A stretch of DNA of 64,000 nucleotides from Paraspadella gotoi (Eukaryota > Animalia > Chaetognatha), in NCBI GenBank assembly GCA_051294375.1, contig CM119266.1, positions 18,834,087-18,898,086 on the forward strand, in the 5' to 3' direction. Positions within the stretch are counted from its first letter, which is position 1, and each line of letters begins with the position of its first letter. Below the pieces are notes generated by a model, which saw nothing but the letters and a program-made list of their open reading frames with translations, was not told the origin of the DNA and made no database searches. Positions 53,278 to 64,000 of this stretch are shown here, piece by piece. A program made the position numbers and the translations under genes.

Positions 53278-53498
53278 ACTCAGTCTTTGGCCTACATTTA
53301 AGCTTCGCCTTTCAGTTGCGCCTGTCTTCGATCCATACTCGATAGAGTCACTTCCATCGAAATCACGCCAAGCGAGTTGCCACGCTGGCGCCGCCTCATT
53401 ACCATTTCCGGTCGCGGAGCTGAGGTCTTCGAAAAAGTCAGCGCGCCCTCTATGATCCCAGATCCGAAAATGAAAAAAAAGGAATTGGCTGGAGAGAA
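53278..53498 (-). CDS. Candidate internal coding exon (221 nt), product unknown
   Basis: It has a TACAG acceptor and an AGT|GTAAGT donor. The frame is open and non-repetitive: LSSQFLFFHFRIWDHRGRADFFEDLSSATGNGNEAAPAWQLAWRDFDGSDSIEYGSKTGATERRSLNVGQRLS. This is a different frame from the track ORF. Confidence 0.4.
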
Positions 53499-53920
53499 CT
53501 GTACCATATTGAGAAGTAAAAGTGGTGGGGGAGGAAGTTAACGTAAATTTATTGGCATCGAGTAAAAAAAAGAAACAATTCTTTTTACCTCATTTGATTA
53601 TCACCATTTTTTAAATTTTTTGCATATTTGTTAAACTGCGAAAGGGCTATTGTATGGCGTATTTAACATTTATAATAATAAATAAGTAAACGCCGTATTA
53701 AATTTTGGGAGAGTGGGGGAAAATGCGGAGAAATGTCTCTCAGTAAAACAATTATGAATTTCGTTGCCTCTCAAAGAAAAAAAATTCCACGTCACAATGG
53801 CGCGGTCGTCTCTCTTAAATCTCCCTCTCCTCCAGCGCCGCGGTCGGCACCGCACGCGACGATCGCAGCGCCACCAATCGGAGCGAAAAGCGTCGACTCA
53901 AGGACGACAAATGAACAATG

Positions 53921-54052
<132 letters not shown>

Positions 54053-54822
54053 AAAAGAGAACAAAAGAACGAATGAGTCGAGAGAAAAAAGAGATGAAAG
54101 AAAAAAAGAGATAAGAATCGAAAGCGAAAAAGAAAAGAAAAAGAAAAGAAAATAAAAGAGAAGAGAAAATAAAAGACTAAGTTCGTCAACGGATTTGAAT
54201 CGAACGCGTGTCGTCTCACTCCCGCCGTGCCCAAGAGTAAATAAATTTTCAATACGAGATAAAAATCGGAAATTAAAAGAAGGGGAAATCATGCATTCTC
54301 ATTCGCGTAACCATTTAAAAACAATTCTGCTTTGTTTTAATTTCCTATGTGCACGAATTTTCGTTCCGAAAAAGACGAAATCGCAGACCCAGGTTTAAAA
54401 ATATCTTAAAAATGATTTGGGTTAAACCCAAATCCGTTTCCCCGTTTAAAAGTCTCGTCGTCCGCCTAAAAAAAAAAAGTGGAAACAAACAAGAGAGAAA
54501 AAAATAGAAAGAGATTATTAAGCCGCGAGAAAATTTCAAGTATTTCCCTCACACGAAACAAGAATTTGAGATTCAAGTTAAAAGCGACGACGTCTATGGC
54601 GACGATGATAGCGACGACGATAGCGACGACGATTTCCAATGCTAGAGATTTAGAAAAAAGTTAGATTGAGCTATTGTGTAATTTTTTTTTTTTTTTTAGA
54701 TGTTTTTAATTTTACAAAATATGAATGTTTCGACTCTTGTGTTTTCGGAGTCTCATCAGCATTTGACCGTTGTATTTTTCAACAAATTCATAAGTTGGGG
54801 GATAGAGAGAGAAGAGAGAAGA

Positions 54823-54873
<51 letters not shown>

Positions 54874-55284
54874 AGGATGAGAGATGAAGAGAGATTCCCA
54901 AGTGGATCCTAAGTGGATATCTACCGATCCCAGGGTGTGAACTCTAACAAAATATTCTATCTAAGCCTTTGACAGGTAACATGACCCGATCACATCGTCA
55001 ACGTCCCCATTTGCCCGCGCGGGGGGGGCCAGCTAGATTTGAGCTTCTTTCTAACTTAATTTTAACTAAAAGTCTTTACTTACTATCCCTCACCACTTAT
55101 TCTTCAAATCACTTTCACTTATAACTCCATTAGTTAAATGCAACTATTTATTATTTATTTGTTATTATTCATTTAGTTTACTGATTCATTTATCTTTGTT
55201 GTACATTCAAAATTGTAATGTTTCTCTCTCTCTCTCTTTCTCTGTCTTTTGCAAGCGCANNNNNNNNNNNNNNNNNNNNNNNNN

Positions 55285-61894
<6,610 letters not shown>

Positions 61895-62014
61895 CTGTGT
61901 AAATTGAAAAATAAAGTTTAATTTTTTTATTTAAAAAAGTTAACAGGTACAAGCTTGGTCATGATCTATACTTTAAATTTTTATTTTACATGACTTAAAA
62001 AAATGTTTTGCTAT

Positions 62015-62240
62015 GCTTTAATGCTTAGTGATCTAACTTACAATCAGCATTCCAACTGTGAATTTCCGGTTTAAATCCCGGTGGTCCCCCACTTTGTTAG
62101 CAAAGTGTGATCGTACGAGCGTAAACGATGCCCGGGCACCACAGGCTATTCCCGTCGTGGCCAATATGTGAGGCTGTGAGTGGATGAACACATTCCAAGA
62201 ATACGTTTCCTGATTCGATCCTGACGGTCCCCCCGCTTAC
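62015..62240 (+). mobile_element. Possible dimeric, decayed tRNA-derived repeat
   Basis: Two related segments, CATTCCAA..TTTCCGGTTTAAATCCCGGTGGTCCCCC and CATTCCAA..TTTCCTGATTCGATCCTGACGGTCCCCCC, each with a B-box-like motif. Confidence 0.3.
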
Positions 62241-63154
62241 TATTTGGTGGAGTTAGTTTGGCTTTACTAGTGTAACAAAGACCGTAAAGCTATCTTTAAC
62301 CTTATATTTTCGAGATTAGCCTTATCTTTTAGACCAGAACGTCACTAGCCGCAGATGAAAACATGGATGCAGAATTAAATCTTTTTTTTGGTAGCAAAAT
62401 TATTTTTGTTAAAAAATAAACGAAAAATATTACTAACGTCTAATAATGAAATAATGTTTAGTCTTTACTATTTAAGAAATCAGTCTCCTTGAAGGCTTGC
62501 CTAGAGATTTGCAAGCCCATTAGCTTTGGAACAAAATATTTTCAAATTAATAATTTATCATAATTATCCATACTCAATACACATTAATATTTTGTCGATA
62601 ATGTATAAAAATCATACAACATAATCGGTAATCAGAGAATCATGCATTTTAATTGACTTTTCCCTGAAAATAGAAAATTTAAATCAAGTTAAATTATAAT
62701 CTAATGCACTCATTTTTTTCAAAATATTGATTGATGAGTGGACGTCCCGACGTCCCTTTTTCCGGAAAAGCGCTAATGAAAAAATCCATTTCCTTAAGAA
62801 TGTGATAATAAATTATACTTAAAAAATAGAGAAGGAAAAACCGTCATGGTATTTTTTAAAATCTAATTAGGAAAATTTAGTACGGGAAATGGCCGCTGGG
62901 ATTTACTCTATTTTTTAAAGAAAAGGAAGAATATTAATTTTGAAAAATTAACAGAATAATCAATAAAGTTATATTTCCGGAACTCGTAGGGAGTCGGAGA
63001 CAGATATTAGGTCCCCTTAATATCCTGACTATCGGAAGTTGAAAAATTCAGACTTGATTTCCTCATGAGAAACAAATGTTGTTGTTATCCTTATTGATTA
63101 TAATTACAACTAAGTTGTAAGTGAGAGGATAAGAAAGCGTAGCAAGCGCAAACA

Positions 63155-63214
<60 letters not shown>

Positions 63215-64000
63215 CTCTCTCTCTCTCTCTCTCTTCGAACTCGTCGTTCTCTCTCTCTCTCTCTCTCTTATCGATTTGAAAAAAAGATTCTTTTCCCGAG
63301 AAAGAATTCGTCTTTTTCTTTGGCTCCGGAAGGAAATTCAACTTCTTCGTAGTAAAACAAACTCACCTCATCGAAAAACGAGGAGAGAGAATTATAAAGA
63401 AGAAAGGTCAATGGATTTTTGCGGTGGAACATCCTGGTGGCGGAATACGTTAATTAAACAAAAGGCGTCGACGAAAGAAGTTAAAAACCTCGATCGATCA
63501 TTATATTTGTTTCATTCTTTCTTTCTATCCGTCGCTTTGCTTTCCTTTCTTTCCTTCTCTCCATCATATGCATTCCGGAAATGACTAAGAGAGAGTAAAA
63601 TATAAAAGCGATAAAAACACGAAAATCAGCTGAAGTTGATTATAGAAGATGAATCACTTCAACCTGAGCTTCACTTTAAATAAAAGGGAAGGATGAAGAT
63701 GAGAAAGAAAATGAAAATGAGGAAGAGAAAAGTGAAGAGAATAAAAAATAAAAATGAGGTTAAAAATAAGGAGAATGACTCTTCGATGGTGGCNNNNNNN
63801 NNNAGGTTTTCGCGCGTCGGAGATCCGAGTCTCTCCTTCCTCTTTTTTTTCGTCGATGCTCTTTTTTTTTTCTCGTCCGAATTCATGCCATCTTCTGATA
63901 AAAGAATCCAGTGCCAACTTTCTATGTCTGCTTTCTCACTTTTGTGGCTTCGATATTTCGGTTTTTTTTTCTTTTTTTTCGTCGTCACTTTGAAACCAAT

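Overview
This is AT-rich eukaryotic DNA, probably from an invertebrate animal (inferred from TTAGGG-like tracts, GT-AG splice signals, and tRNA-SINE-like and DINE-1-like repeats). It comes from a gappy draft assembly. It is full of microsatellites ((AG)n, (GAC)n, (ATT)n, (TCTA)n) and minisatellites, and nearly all ORFs in the supplied track are translations of these repeats. I recognise no protein-coding gene, rRNA, intact tRNA or CRISPR array. The dominant structure is duplication, covering more than half the window. There are four kb-scale inverted duplications: 1-1385/2011-3484, 1386-7070/8774-14456, 27779-31458/31972-35858 and 55285-58183/58635-61894. There are also several kb-scale direct duplications. 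Copies differ mostly by 1-2 nt indels, one copy is often much noisier, and the duplications sit beside eight gaps of exactly 25 N. The simplest reading is long-read gap-filling or chimeric-read artefact, not a new biological system. Real foldback or amplified palindromes cannot be excluded without reads. Plausibly real biology includes DINE-1/HINE-like elements with internal tandem repeats, a tRNA-derived SINE pair, a MITE-like element, a Tc1-like end, a decayed LINE fragment, paired GTCACGTGAC boxes and a few low-confidence exons. All alignments were made by eye, so boundaries are approximate.
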